64,000 bases of DNA from Cyclobacteriaceae bacterium (lineage in GTDB: Bacteria > Bacteroidota > Bacteroidia > Cytophagales > Cyclobacteriaceae). Both the position numbers and the translations under genes were made by a program. The notes beneath the pieces are model-generated. The model had not been told where the DNA came from. It saw only the letters and a list, made by a program, of their open reading frames with translations, and searched no databases. Shown here piece after piece: positions 37,430 through 46,336 of this stretch (position 1 is the first letter of the stretch; each line of letters opens with the position of its first letter). Location of the stretch: positions 5,840,962-5,904,961 of the forward strand of contig OZ253939.1 of assembly GCA_965267245.1 (NCBI GenBank), written 5' to 3'.

Positions 37430-37876
37430 TTAGTCTAGTACTACATATGATGGTGATGGATTGAAATAAATTACATCGGCAGTTAAAGCATATCCAACAA
37501 TCCTTACAACAGCATCAGTTGTTCCAGTAGGAGCGGTATCTGTTATTTCCCCTGCTGTTTCTGACACATATATGATAGATCCAGGAGTCCAGTCCCATGA
37601 TTCGTCTTTTATTAGGTTTCCTGGCAATGCGACCCTCATTTTATTTCCATCACTTCCATTTTCCAAAGCCACTGCCAGCAAGGAAGTGCTTGAGGCCTCA
37701 ACACTCGCATCGGCCACTAACCATTCTCCATCAGTTCCCAGATACAATAATTGCATGGAACTTATCGATGCTCCACCGTTAAGAGAGGATGTTAAAGGTC
37801 CTCCTTTTGCAGAATGATCTCTTCTTGGTAAGGAGAGATTTCGAGGGATACTATTTCCTTTCCTGACTAGAGTCAT
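37430..37876 (-). CDS. Putative virion protein (beta-rich, decoration/fibre-like pattern)
   Basis: 148-aa ORF. The GYALTADVIYFNPSPSYVVLD ending and the alternating pattern suggest a beta-sandwich. There is no firm family assignment. Confidence 0.45.
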   Translation of the reverse strand: MTLVRKGNSIPRNLSLPRRDHSAKGGPLTSSLNGGASISSMQLLYLGTDGEWLVADASVEASSTSLLAVALENGSDGNKMRVALPGNLIKDESWDWTPGSIIYVSETAGEITDTAPTGTTDAVVRIVGYALTADVIYFNPSPSYVVLD

Positions 37877-38212
37877 TTATTCTTCTTCTTCCACCAGTTT
37901 ATTAATAATCACTCTCGCAGAGCCGGATTGAACATTTTGTGAGCTATCAGCAAAATGAATGAACCATTCAGTGTTTAATGGAGCATTTATATCACCAGTC
38001 CATTGAATCCCTTCTTCTGTAGCTTCGATTGGCAAAGAGTATGTCTTGTCTTTATCCATTTCAACGTACAGTATACTGGTGCTCTCATTTTCAATAGTTA
38101 CACCAACAACATTTCTTAACTCAAGTTTTGTGAGTTCATTTGCTGCCCCGGTATTCAGAAGCATACTCACTAATACTTTCGTTGATTTATTCATTTTAAG
38201 AGTCTTTTTCAA
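37877..38212 (-). CDS. Hypothetical structural-module protein
   Basis: 111-aa ORF directly abutting its neighbours. Confidence 0.45.
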   Translation of the reverse strand: MKKTLKMNKSTKVLVSMLLNTGAANELTKLELRNVVGVTIENESTSILYVEMDKDKTYSLPIEATEEGIQWTGDINAPLNTEWFIHFADSSQNVQSGSARVIINKLVEEEE

Positions 38213-38963
38213 TTCTTGCGTGAAATAGTAATTGGTAATCTGACCCAGAAACAGCGCTAGTAGTTTTTTTCATGATTGTAAGTCCCTGGCCTTTAATTAT
38301 CTTAAAATCAACATTCAAGAACTTCTTGTTGGGTTCAACAGCATTGTTTTCAAGTAATTCGTGACCTGCAAGATCTAATATCCTTCCATTGGTATCCTTT
38401 AGTCCTATATATCTGGCTCCACTTAGGCCTCCAGAATCAAACTCATAAACCCATAGTCCTGTACATCTATCATACTCAGAGTCAAGTTCGAAAGGAAACT
38501 CATAAGTGTTTGCAGCAGATCCATCTGGGATGGTGCATAACTTTTTCTGATACTTAACTCTTGATTTTTTTTCAATTGGGATATCATCTTTTATCAAGAG
38601 AGCATCAAAAACTACCTTAAACTCTGAGGATGTTACACCAGGTGTTTCGGTTCTCAGTTTTAAATTTTGACCTGATTTTATTGGAAAATTAACATCAAGA
38701 AATTTTTCATTTGGGCCGCTGTATGATGATGTAAACAGATTATAATTAACAAAATCTAAAATAACACCATCGTTATCCTTGAGTCCATAGGATCTTAGAT
38801 TCGATAACCCTCCTGATGAAATAACTTGAGCTCTTAAACCAATACACCTGTCATAGTTGGTGTCAAGTTCAAAATCGTCTTCATGTATCCCTGCGGGCTG
38901 TCCACTTGCAACAACAAGAACTCCTGATTTGACCTTTATATTTCTATCTAGTAAACTGTTCAT
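38196..38963 (-). CDS. Protein built from two tandem homologous domains of about 97 aa (capsid candidate)
   Basis: Residues 31-126 and 158-254 align: FELDTNYDRCIGL...SGGLS...GLKDNDGVILD...PNEKFLDVNFPIKSGQNL versus FELDSEYDRCTGL...SGGLS...GLKDTNGRILD...PNKKFLNVDFKIIKGQGL. Confidence 0.6.
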   Translation of the reverse strand: MNSLLDRNIKVKSGVLVVASGQPAGIHEDDFELDTNYDRCIGLRAQVISSGGLSNLRSYGLKDNDGVILDFVNYNLFTSSYSGPNEKFLDVNFPIKSGQNLKLRTETPGVTSSEFKVVFDALLIKDDIPIEKKSRVKYQKKLCTIPDGSAANTYEFPFELDSEYDRCTGLWVYEFDSGGLSGARYIGLKDTNGRILDLAGHELLENNAVEPNKKFLNVDFKIIKGQGLTIMKKTTSAVSGSDYQLLFHARIEKDS

Positions 38964-39063
38964 TTTTGATAGGTATTAAAACATTGGAGGAAACATAACA
39001 GGGGAAATCCTTTGAAAAAGGAACTCCCCTTTTTTCTGTGTTAGGGTAAAAAGGGGAATGAGC

Positions 39064-39681
39064 TTAGTCCAGTCTGGTTTTCCACCCAATTAAGGCCACC
39101 TCAAGGTGAACAGCAGTATTTGCGCTTATTACAGTTTCCCCTGCGGCAAATTTGATTTCCCAGGTAAATGGAACATCTGCTCGAAGCAACCTTAACTGCT
39201 TCAACTGATAAGTGTCATCCTTTCCTGCGGCATTGTTCGAATCAGCCTGTGAGGTAGCTTCAAATATCTCCAATTCAAGCAATGGTCTGTCATTTTGAGA
39301 AATGATCAGTTTACCATTAGCCAAAGCAGCAGGGAAATTGGATCTTTTGCTGCTGTAGTTTGCTGTATGAGCAGGGTCTGTGGTGGAATCACTTCCAACT
39401 ACTCCAATTTTCACCCCAGAAATCACCATATGCTCATACTTAGGTAATTTTGAGTTGTTGAAGTTTCTAATTCCCTGCTCCTCTGTGTCGCCACCTAGAA
39501 ACAATTCCTGGATACCTGCCAGACCAATGATATTCTTACGCACATAAAGCGTATGGTCGTCAAGTCTCAAGGCATCTTTCTCAAGAGCAACTTTTGTGTC
39601 CTCATCTAGCCTAGCGAAGATTTTGTCTTTGGCAAGAAAGTCAAATACTCTGTTCTCGCCGTACATGATTTGTGAATTCAT
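39064..39681 (-). CDS. Putative major structural protein (205 aa)
   Basis: Beta-rich ORF preceded by the start-associated motif and followed by hairpins in the 100-nt gap. This is the position and size expected for an abundant virion protein. The call is an inference. Confidence 0.5.
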   Translation of the reverse strand: MNSQIMYGENRVFDFLAKDKIFARLDEDTKVALEKDALRLDDHTLYVRKNIIGLAGIQELFLGGDTEEQGIRNFNNSKLPKYEHMVISGVKIGVVGSDSTTDPAHTANYSSKRSNFPAALANGKLIISQNDRPLLELEIFEATSQADSNNAAGKDDTYQLKQLRLLRADVPFTWEIKFAAGETVISANTAVHLEVALIGWKTRLD

Positions 39682-39748
39682 TTTGTTCTAAATTTTTCGT
39701 TTTGAGAAATAATTTTTTGGTGTTTTTTATTGATGTGTGGTTTGGCTT

Positions 39749-40234
39749 TTAGGTCAAACTATTAGAAAGAATTGCGCTTTCTTCAAAGTCTCCTCCCTCG
39801 CCAGCCAGTTGCTGTGAAAGAAGGGGGTTGCCCATTCCAGCGAGACTATTTTCAAATGAGTCTCCAGAAGGCAGCATTTCGAAATCGTCAAATTCGCCCA
39901 TCATAGCGGCCTCTTCCATATCAGCCATTGATAAGCCATTTACGGTGACTACTGCGTCATTACCAGGTAGCAAGGACTCTATTTCGGCCAATACTCCTGT
40001 GAACCTTTTTTCAGGTTTAAATACCAGTTTTTTTACTGCGCTCAGTGCGCCAAAACCGGCCATTACTGCACCGGCAGGTTTTGCCCAGTCCGGTCCAAAG
40101 TACCACGCAGCACCGCCTGCTACCAAGGAAACCCCTGGACCAATTAAGCCTGGAATCTTGTTTTCTGCGGCTTGTGCTGCCAAGAGGCCTGCTCCGCTGG
40201 AGCCAACCTCAATAAGTGCATTTTCAATTTTCAT
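39749..40234 (-). CDS. Gly/Ala-rich membrane protein with an acidic tail
   Basis: GSSGAGLLAAQAA...GVSLVAGGAAWYFG...GAVMAGFGALSAV is followed by a D/E-rich C-terminus. Confidence 0.5.
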   Translation of the reverse strand: MKIENALIEVGSSGAGLLAAQAAENKIPGLIGPGVSLVAGGAAWYFGPDWAKPAGAVMAGFGALSAVKKLVFKPEKRFTGVLAEIESLLPGNDAVVTVNGLSMADMEEAAMMGEFDDFEMLPSGDSFENSLAGMGNPLLSQQLAGEGGDFEESAILSNSLT

Positions 40235-40248
40235 AAAACATTCAATTT

Positions 40249-43200
40249 TTAAATTACGATAGTCGTATTCTTCGATTTTTTTGATTTAGTTTTTTTCCTT
40301 TTTGGGCCATTCATAGGAGCCGGTGACGGGTTAGGTCTAACTGGAGCTGGTTGGTGATAAACAGGCTGTGTACTTCCTTTCTTGCTGCTTACAGCATAGA
40401 TTAAACCACCTACTGCAACAACACCTATTCCCGCCATTATCAATTCTTTTTGAGTAAGTCCACCAATTTCTAGTTGCTTAACAGATTGGCTACTGATTAC
40501 TTCCGGTTGTAAGACTTTAGCATCCTGGATATCTGAATTTGTGGCAGCTGGTATTGCTTTCTGTGGTGGAGTAGGAAGGGTATTGTTCATTACTTCCCTT
40601 GTTATGTTTTCCTTTACAACTGGAGGTGCAGGAACTGTTACTGATAATTTTGTAAGATGTGGTTTTCCTGCTTGGTCCGCGTACTTATTTGCATAATTTG
40701 CGTATGTGTTTGCTCGAATTGCATCATTCTTGGCCTTGTACATATCATACTTTTGCTTGTATGAATTATAGCGACTTAACGCAAGGCTAGATGCTGAAGA
40801 ACTGCTTGAGCTAGTTTTCTTTGTGACTGAACTAGTTATTTTATTAACTGCTTTATTCAGAAGCGGTTTATCCTTGGTTAGATCACTCAGTTTATTTCCT
40901 ACCGCTTTAACCAGGTTATTTTTTGTGTCTTCCTTGTCATTGCCAATGTTTTGAACAATCCCGTTAACTATTGGATTTTCACTTAAGCCTTTCAGAAGGT
41001 CTACAATTTTCACTATAAATGGAGCGGCCGCAGCGGTTGCTGCTGCTGCTGTTGCTGGTTCTCCCATACCTACTAGGTATTCAGCTTCCTCTATCCCTCT
41101 CAGTGCGGTTCTTGCACGTGAAGCAATTGGAATATTAATTGAAGACGTTTTACTTGTAGTTGGTCTAACATAGGAAGAAGTTTTCTTTGAAGGAGTTGGT
41201 TTTTTTGAACTCGTGGTTTGAGGTGGTCTTCCTCCAGTAACAATCGGTCTGCTGGTAGCTCCAATTACAGACTTTAAGTTTGCATCCAGCTTTGGTTGAC
41301 CGGCCCTATCAGCGTATTGATTTGCAAGTGAGGCATATCTATTAGCCGCTGTATAACTTTTGGCGTTTTTGTATGTAATATATCGTGACTTATAGTTGTT
41401 GTAGGATTTAAGTGCCGCCTCTCTGTCTCTACTGGAAACGGTAGAAGAGGAAGTTGTACTGGAGGTAGTTCGTGGACCTTTAGTCAATGATCTTGGATCT
41501 GTTACAGTAGTTATTAGAGGTAGCTTTGGTTGCCCTGCTTTTTCTGCATATCTATTTGCGTACTCTACATACCTGTTTGCAAGAGTCTTATTTCCTTTAA
41601 TTTCATATGTTTTGGCTGAGGCTTTGTATCTAGTGTAAAGTTTTAATGCATTTGGGTCTACCTTTTGAGCGGCCTTAGCTTTCATTTTAGCGATCTCTGC
41701 CGGATCTTTTGAGCCCGAATTACCAGGATTGAAAATTGTTCTGGTTGGAATTGGGCTAGTATTAGAAGAAGTTGTAGTTGACAATTTAGGTTGACCTGCT
41801 AAAGCTGCATACTTATTGGCAGCATTGACAGCTGCTATAAATTGACTTCTAAGTCTTCCATTACCTCTATACTTATCAGCTAAATCCTTGTACTTTTTGT
41901 ACTGAGCCAAATATTGTTGCTGCTTAGGATCATTTCTTTTAATCGAAGATGCAGATCCCCTGGAAGTGTTGTAAGAAACATTCCTGATTTGATCCGTTGA
42001 TTTTACTTTTGGAACATTTGACTTTGAAGAAGATGGTGGATTCATTACATACTTGAAATCAATGAACCAGCTTTTATCTCCGATTACCTTTTTCGCTCCG
42101 TCTGAAACTGCTTCCGCAAATTTCTTTGGATCTCCACCTATGGTTTTAAAAATCTTCTCGACCTTATCATAGCTGTCCTTTCTTTTTTTCCAATCATTCA
42201 GATCTATTTTTGCATTTTGTGCCTGTTGTTGTGAATATCGACCAGGCCAAATAGCAGCAGCTTTCTTTTTACCCAGGACTCGAAACCACACTTTAATTCC
42301 TTCCCTGGCTAGTAAAGTAGCGGGAAAGACTTTTTTAACCCCTTGAGCAACCTTACCAGCTACTTTCTTAACGCCATTAAATACTTTTTTGAAAATACCA
42401 TCTCCACCTAGACCTAAACTGCCAAATTCTTCGTCAACGATGAGAAGAGCTATAACATATTCCCTTTTATCAGGATCATCCCAGGATTCAATCAAGAGAT
42501 CAACTTTTGAAATGAAATCTTCAGGAGATTCACCATTAGGAACTTGCTCAACTCCATTAATGATGTTGGCTCGTAATTCTACCCAACCATTTTTTGTGTC
42601 TAAGGCATATTCAGTGATACCTTGCATTGTACCACAGTCACAGGTAATTCCATTCATGGCAGTAATATTTTTAGGGTTTACAATCACCTCATCATAGTAT
42701 TTTGGGAGATTGTTTTTGGGATATTCAAAGTCAAATTTGTCAAGTACGGGATCAATCACATAGTAATTGTCTCTGGTTGATAAGTTTGCTCCATCGCTTT
42801 TTGGAACAACTATGTAAACATGGCTATAATCTCCAGTGGCACTTTTACTAATCTTTCGTATAGAAAAAGGAATACCGAAGTTGTAGAGTATTGCGCCTGT
42901 CAGGAAAGCCATATCATCACAATCAATTCCGCTTTTTCTGAGAGCGTAGCTTGCAGAAACACCCTTTACCTGTTCTCGGTTTTTAGGATCCTGCTTATAT
43001 TGGAAATTGTTGTATATGTGATTGAAGATATTTCTAGCAAAAATCTCTCGATTTGCTGAATATAGTTTTTTTGCAATTTTGGCTGCTTCTTTGTGATCCT
43101 GCTGGATTTTCTCAACCATCAAGTTAAGCGTATCATAGCTCGTGCCAAGAGTTATTGTAGTTTCTTTGGGTTTTCTGGACGGGTAGTAACTATCAAATTG

Positions 43201-43290
43201 GTTTCCAGTGTTAATTTCTCTCGCACCAGAAGCAACTACACCGAGACCATTCATATAGGTTATTGGATATCGTGATAATACTCTGGTCAT
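40249..43290 (-). CDS. 1013-aa protein: N-terminal transglutaminase-like cysteine protease core, four Tyr/Lys-rich repeats of about 50 aa, and a C-terminal TM anchor
   Basis: GIDCDDMAFLTGAILYNFGIPFSIRKI...YSHVYIVV...YYVIDPV gives a Cys-His-Asp triad pattern. The repeats end in AGQPKL or AGKPHL. The TM helix is IMAGIGVVAVGGLIYAV, followed by a Pro-rich basic tail. Confidence 0.7.
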   Translation of the reverse strand: MTRVLSRYPITYMNGLGVVASGAREINTGNQFDSYYPSRKPKETTITLGTSYDTLNLMVEKIQQDHKEAAKIAKKLYSANREIFARNIFNHIYNNFQYKQDPKNREQVKGVSASYALRKSGIDCDDMAFLTGAILYNFGIPFSIRKISKSATGDYSHVYIVVPKSDGANLSTRDNYYVIDPVLDKFDFEYPKNNLPKYYDEVIVNPKNITAMNGITCDCGTMQGITEYALDTKNGWVELRANIINGVEQVPNGESPEDFISKVDLLIESWDDPDKREYVIALLIVDEEFGSLGLGGDGIFKKVFNGVKKVAGKVAQGVKKVFPATLLAREGIKVWFRVLGKKKAAAIWPGRYSQQQAQNAKIDLNDWKKRKDSYDKVEKIFKTIGGDPKKFAEAVSDGAKKVIGDKSWFIDFKYVMNPPSSSKSNVPKVKSTDQIRNVSYNTSRGSASSIKRNDPKQQQYLAQYKKYKDLADKYRGNGRLRSQFIAAVNAANKYAALAGQPKLSTTTSSNTSPIPTRTIFNPGNSGSKDPAEIAKMKAKAAQKVDPNALKLYTRYKASAKTYEIKGNKTLANRYVEYANRYAEKAGQPKLPLITTVTDPRSLTKGPRTTSSTTSSSTVSSRDREAALKSYNNYKSRYITYKNAKSYTAANRYASLANQYADRAGQPKLDANLKSVIGATSRPIVTGGRPPQTTSSKKPTPSKKTSSYVRPTTSKTSSINIPIASRARTALRGIEEAEYLVGMGEPATAAAATAAAAPFIVKIVDLLKGLSENPIVNGIVQNIGNDKEDTKNNLVKAVGNKLSDLTKDKPLLNKAVNKITSSVTKKTSSSSSSASSLALSRYNSYKQKYDMYKAKNDAIRANTYANYANKYADQAGKPHLTKLSVTVPAPPVVKENITREVMNNTLPTPPQKAIPAATNSDIQDAKVLQPEVISSQSVKQLEIGGLTQKELIMAGIGVVAVGGLIYAVSSKKGSTQPVYHQPAPVRPNPSPAPMNGPKRKKTKSKKSKNTTIVI

Positions 43291-43763
43291 TTTTGTTTAA
43301 TCAGATTAATATCAGTCTCACTCATAACCTGCTGACCTTTACTTGTAATCCATGCTTTCACCCTAATCAAAGGGTTCGCGCTCACCAGTGAAAGGAATGA
43401 AGTTGCTATGTTCATCAAACCTACCGAGAGTGGAATATCAAATTTTGTGGTTTGCCTTGCTGGAAATGTTACTCCCAGGGTTGGTTGACTATTTCCAATT
43501 TCCGATTCTACTTCTTGATTATTTTCAACTGTTACCCTGTAGATTTTGACAACCAGATTATCAATAGGTAAAGTGATATCAGTATTATTTACGTACTCTG
43601 CAACCAGAGTAAAATTTGCATTGGGAAGGTGGATTTTTAGGTTCTTTACACTGACTATCCGGAAGGTATTAATTTCCGCTAATTGCAATGCCTGACGTAT
43701 TTTGTTGCCGAAAAGAGTGTAGGCAATGGCGCCTAACCCACCAAGAATCAAAAGATTTTTCAT
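43287..43763 (-). CDS. N-terminally anchored beta-sandwich protein (LEA_2/NDR1-like pattern)
   Basis: MKNLLILGGLGAIAYTLF is a TM helix, followed by a strand-rich domain of about 130 aa. Confidence 0.45.
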   Translation of the reverse strand: MKNLLILGGLGAIAYTLFGNKIRQALQLAEINTFRIVSVKNLKIHLPNANFTLVAEYVNNTDITLPIDNLVVKIYRVTVENNQEVESEIGNSQPTLGVTFPARQTTKFDIPLSVGLMNIATSFLSLVSANPLIRVKAWITSKGQQVMSETDINLIKQK

Positions 43764-43912
43764 ACTGAATACCTTGAATCAATTAATTCAATGATACGTG
43801 ATCAGTATATATGAAAATTTAGAAACTTTCTGTTACTAATTATATTTGACAATATTTATCAGTATTCTTTAGTTTTAGATTGCTTTTTAAACCACACACT
43901 AAAGCGTACACC

Positions 43913-44104
43913 ATGAGTAAAATTGTTAAGTATCCTGGAGTTAAGGATAATGCCACCAGAGAAACCATTGCTTCTGAGATGAGTATAAGTCAAGTCACAT
44001 TAAGAGAAATGTTACGGGATATTGGTGTTCCTGATAGGAAGCATCTTTCCCCTTTAAGTATTAAGAAATTTAGGATAGCTTACATAGATGGACCAGAAGA
44101 ATAG
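43913..44104 (+). CDS. Small HTH-like protein
   Basis: MSKIVKYPG...TRETIASEMSISQVTLREMLRDIGV. The start was set at the ATG at 43913, 13 nt after a + strand copy of AACCACACAC. Confidence 0.5.
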   Translation: MSKIVKYPGVKDNATRETIASEMSISQVTLREMLRDIGVPDRKHLSPLSIKKFRIAYIDGPEE

Positions 44105-44339
44105 TAGATGCCCGACTTGTGGAGAAAAAGCACATGATTTTGCTCGTGAAGAAGCTCTCGATTGTGTCCCTCCAAGAAATGTATTACAATTTGGTAATTA
44201 CTTGATTGATCGTGATTACAGAGAAGCTTTGTATGAGGAATTTCCTTTTTATACAACTGAAGAGGTTGTTGGCTCTTATCTAGGACATAATCCTAATTTT
44301 CCAAGTCAAATTGAGTGGAAAGAAGACCAACAACCTTAA
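44088..44339 (+). CDS. Hypothetical protein
   Basis: 83-aa ORF that overlaps the upstream gene by 17 nt. Confidence 0.4.
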   Translation: MDQKNSRCPTCGEKAHDFAREEALDCVPPRNVLQFGNYLIDRDYREALYEEFPFYTTEEVVGSYLGHNPNFPSQIEWKEDQQP

Positions 44340-44346
44340 AAATAAT

Positions 44347-45150
44347 TTATTGCTCAAACCTACTTTTCTTATAGGTTTTCATAAAATACCTCTCAATAGG
44401 TGAATACTTACTGCCATCAAAACTGACAAATGCATCATTGCCATTGATGTTAAGAAATTTGCAGTTTTTCACACTCTGTTGCACTTCCTTCACATTAGCC
44501 GCATTAGACAATTGCGCTAATCTATTCGGGTTTTTGGGGTCAACTGTAATTTGTTGATTCTCTGAAAACTTTTCACTTAGATTAAGATAATAGCTATTGA
44601 TATTGATCTCATCTGGCACATTTTTGAAAAGATCTTCAAAATCATTCGTGTGATATGGTTGTGGAGTGTGTGTTTCAAAATTTAATGGGGAAAATACTCC
44701 AATGTCAGCTAGTGCATTCATTGTATTCAATAATTTCTCAGCAAACTTTGAATATGACATAACAAAGTCACCGTATACAATTGGCTTCTTTATTCTGTTG
44801 TAGCTTGAAATTAACTCATCAAAGTACTTAGGTTTTTCCTTTGCAGGTTCATACTCTCGAAGCAGGATAAAGTCATCAGAGAACTTGGTGAAAATACCCT
44901 GGTATCCTTTTCCGGTTAGATGCCTGATTCCTACTTTTATTTTGTTGATCATGTTGTGATCCTTGCCTAATTCTTGAAGGTCATTCATGCGGATAAAACA
45001 GACTCCCTGTATCCATTCAGGTTTTTTTGGACCTAGAATGATTACATCCTTTAAACCTTTATAGTATCGATCAATTCCTCTGAGTGTATACCTGAGTTCC
45101 TTGTACTCATTTTTAGGGTCTTCAGCTAATGGAATTATAATTGGGTACAT
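44347..45150 (-). CDS. Stealth-like (capsule hexose-1-phosphate transferase family) protein
   Basis: KELRYTLRGIDRY resembles the Stealth CR2 motif ELRYSLRS. 267 aa. Moderate by-eye call. Confidence 0.5.
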   Translation of the reverse strand: MYPIIIPLAEDPKNEYKELRYTLRGIDRYYKGLKDVIILGPKKPEWIQGVCFIRMNDLQELGKDHNMINKIKVGIRHLTGKGYQGIFTKFSDDFILLREYEPAKEKPKYFDELISSYNRIKKPIVYGDFVMSYSKFAEKLLNTMNALADIGVFSPLNFETHTPQPYHTNDFEDLFKNVPDEININSYYLNLSEKFSENQQITVDPKNPNRLAQLSNAANVKEVQQSVKNCKFLNINGNDAFVSFDGSKYSPIERYFMKTYKKSRFEQ

Positions 45151-45773
45151 ATTTCCTGGAATTTAGATGGTGGAATAACATTGATTGTTTCTTTGTACCA
45201 GGAAAAAGATTCCTCGTAATTTACTTCTAAGAATTTAGTATTAATGATGTTTTCAAAAACAGCAATTCCATAATCATCATCAATAACATATTGATCCTGA
45301 AAGTAAATTTTGTGGTGTTCCCCAATTATGTTGGTGATACAGGCAATAGCCTTCCATACGTCTCCTGTCCATTCACTGGATTCTCTGGGAACACGTTGCA
45401 TTATTTCTGTTTTAGGCAGAGCATCATGCATGACAATTGTTCCATTGTAACCTCTTAATGCTTGTAGTGAATACAAAAAATCAATGAGAGCTTGTTCCCA
45501 ATGGTGAAGGCCATCAATGAAAATAAGATCAAATTGTCTAACATCATGATTGAACTTGGAATTAAGAGTTTTTCTAAAATATTCATTACTGGTTAGTTGA
45601 AAAAAAACTCCATCGTATTCAGATCCTTCGAAATTGCTTTCTGGATCTACTCCTACTTTCTTAGCGCATTTTATCTTGTTAAAATTGTTATGCGGATTTT
45701 GCACTCCAATTTCTAAATAGGATTCATACTTGTGCTTTTCAATTAAAGCATTTAAAACTTCAGTGTGATTCAT
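45135..45773 (-). CDS. Class I SAM-dependent methyltransferase
   Basis: YLEIGVQN (motif I-like) and FDLIFIDGLHHWEQ are typical of the Methyltransf_24 / O-MTase group. Confidence 0.7.
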   Translation of the reverse strand: MNHTEVLNALIEKHKYESYLEIGVQNPHNNFNKIKCAKKVGVDPESNFEGSEYDGVFFQLTSNEYFRKTLNSKFNHDVRQFDLIFIDGLHHWEQALIDFLYSLQALRGYNGTIVMHDALPKTEIMQRVPRESSEWTGDVWKAIACITNIIGEHHKIYFQDQYVIDDDYGIAVFENIINTKFLEVNYEESFSWYKETINVIPPSKFQEICTQL

Positions 45774-45783
45774 TGGTGTGTGG

Positions 45784-46335
45784 TTATTTTAAGTGAGAAA
45801 TGTCAGTTATATCAGTGTCTAACCTATAAAAGTGAATTGCCAATAATGCTTTCATCAGCCGTACTGGTTTTTGTAATCTGTGTATACCCCAGGCAAATCG
45901 ATTATCTACCGAGAGACATCCGATCCCTTCTTCAAAAGGGTTTTCTTTCCATGTTTCCTTACTAAAAATCATGTGAAATCCACTTATTTCATTTGGTATA
46001 TCAATAATTTCTAGTGATTCGCCATACTTCAATATTTGCTCGTTTTGCTTAATATTCCAGTATTTTAAACTGTCTTTGTCCTGGTGAACGCCTCCTTCAT
46101 ACTTCTGATTGGCATTCTTGGTACGACTTGCGTATGATGTAAATAAACCTGTGTCTGGATACTTTTGGATATAGCGCTTCATTATCTCCATTTGTGGTAT
46201 CTCAGTTTTTGTCCACATTACATCATAGTCCTGAACAGATATCCAGCAATCATCCGGCATATACTGTATAGCCTCGTTGTAAGCTCTCCCTAAATCTTTC
46301 TCAAAGCTGAAGGGAGTAAGAAAAAACAATTTCAT
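45784..46335 (-). CDS. Glycosyltransferase-like protein (GT-A type)
   Basis: TPFSFEKDLGRAYNEAIQYMPDDCWISVQDYDVMW resembles the nucleotide-sugar-binding/DxD region of small GT2-like enzymes. Confidence 0.5.
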   Translation of the reverse strand: MKLFFLTPFSFEKDLGRAYNEAIQYMPDDCWISVQDYDVMWTKTEIPQMEIMKRYIQKYPDTGLFTSYASRTKNANQKYEGGVHQDKDSLKYWNIKQNEQILKYGESLEIIDIPNEISGFHMIFSKETWKENPFEEGIGCLSVDNRFAWGIHRLQKPVRLMKALLAIHFYRLDTDITDISHLK

Positions 46336-46336
46336 T

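Noticed and set aside
35421-40262. Long antisense ORFs (35421-35816, 36825-37385, 39828-40262) opposite structural and lysis genes.
   Set aside because: Each is Pro/Ser/Ala-rich and mirrors a minus-strand gene that has domain evidence (PG_binding repeats, coiled coil, Gly/Ala membrane protein). The whole block is otherwise a tightly coupled minus-strand operon.
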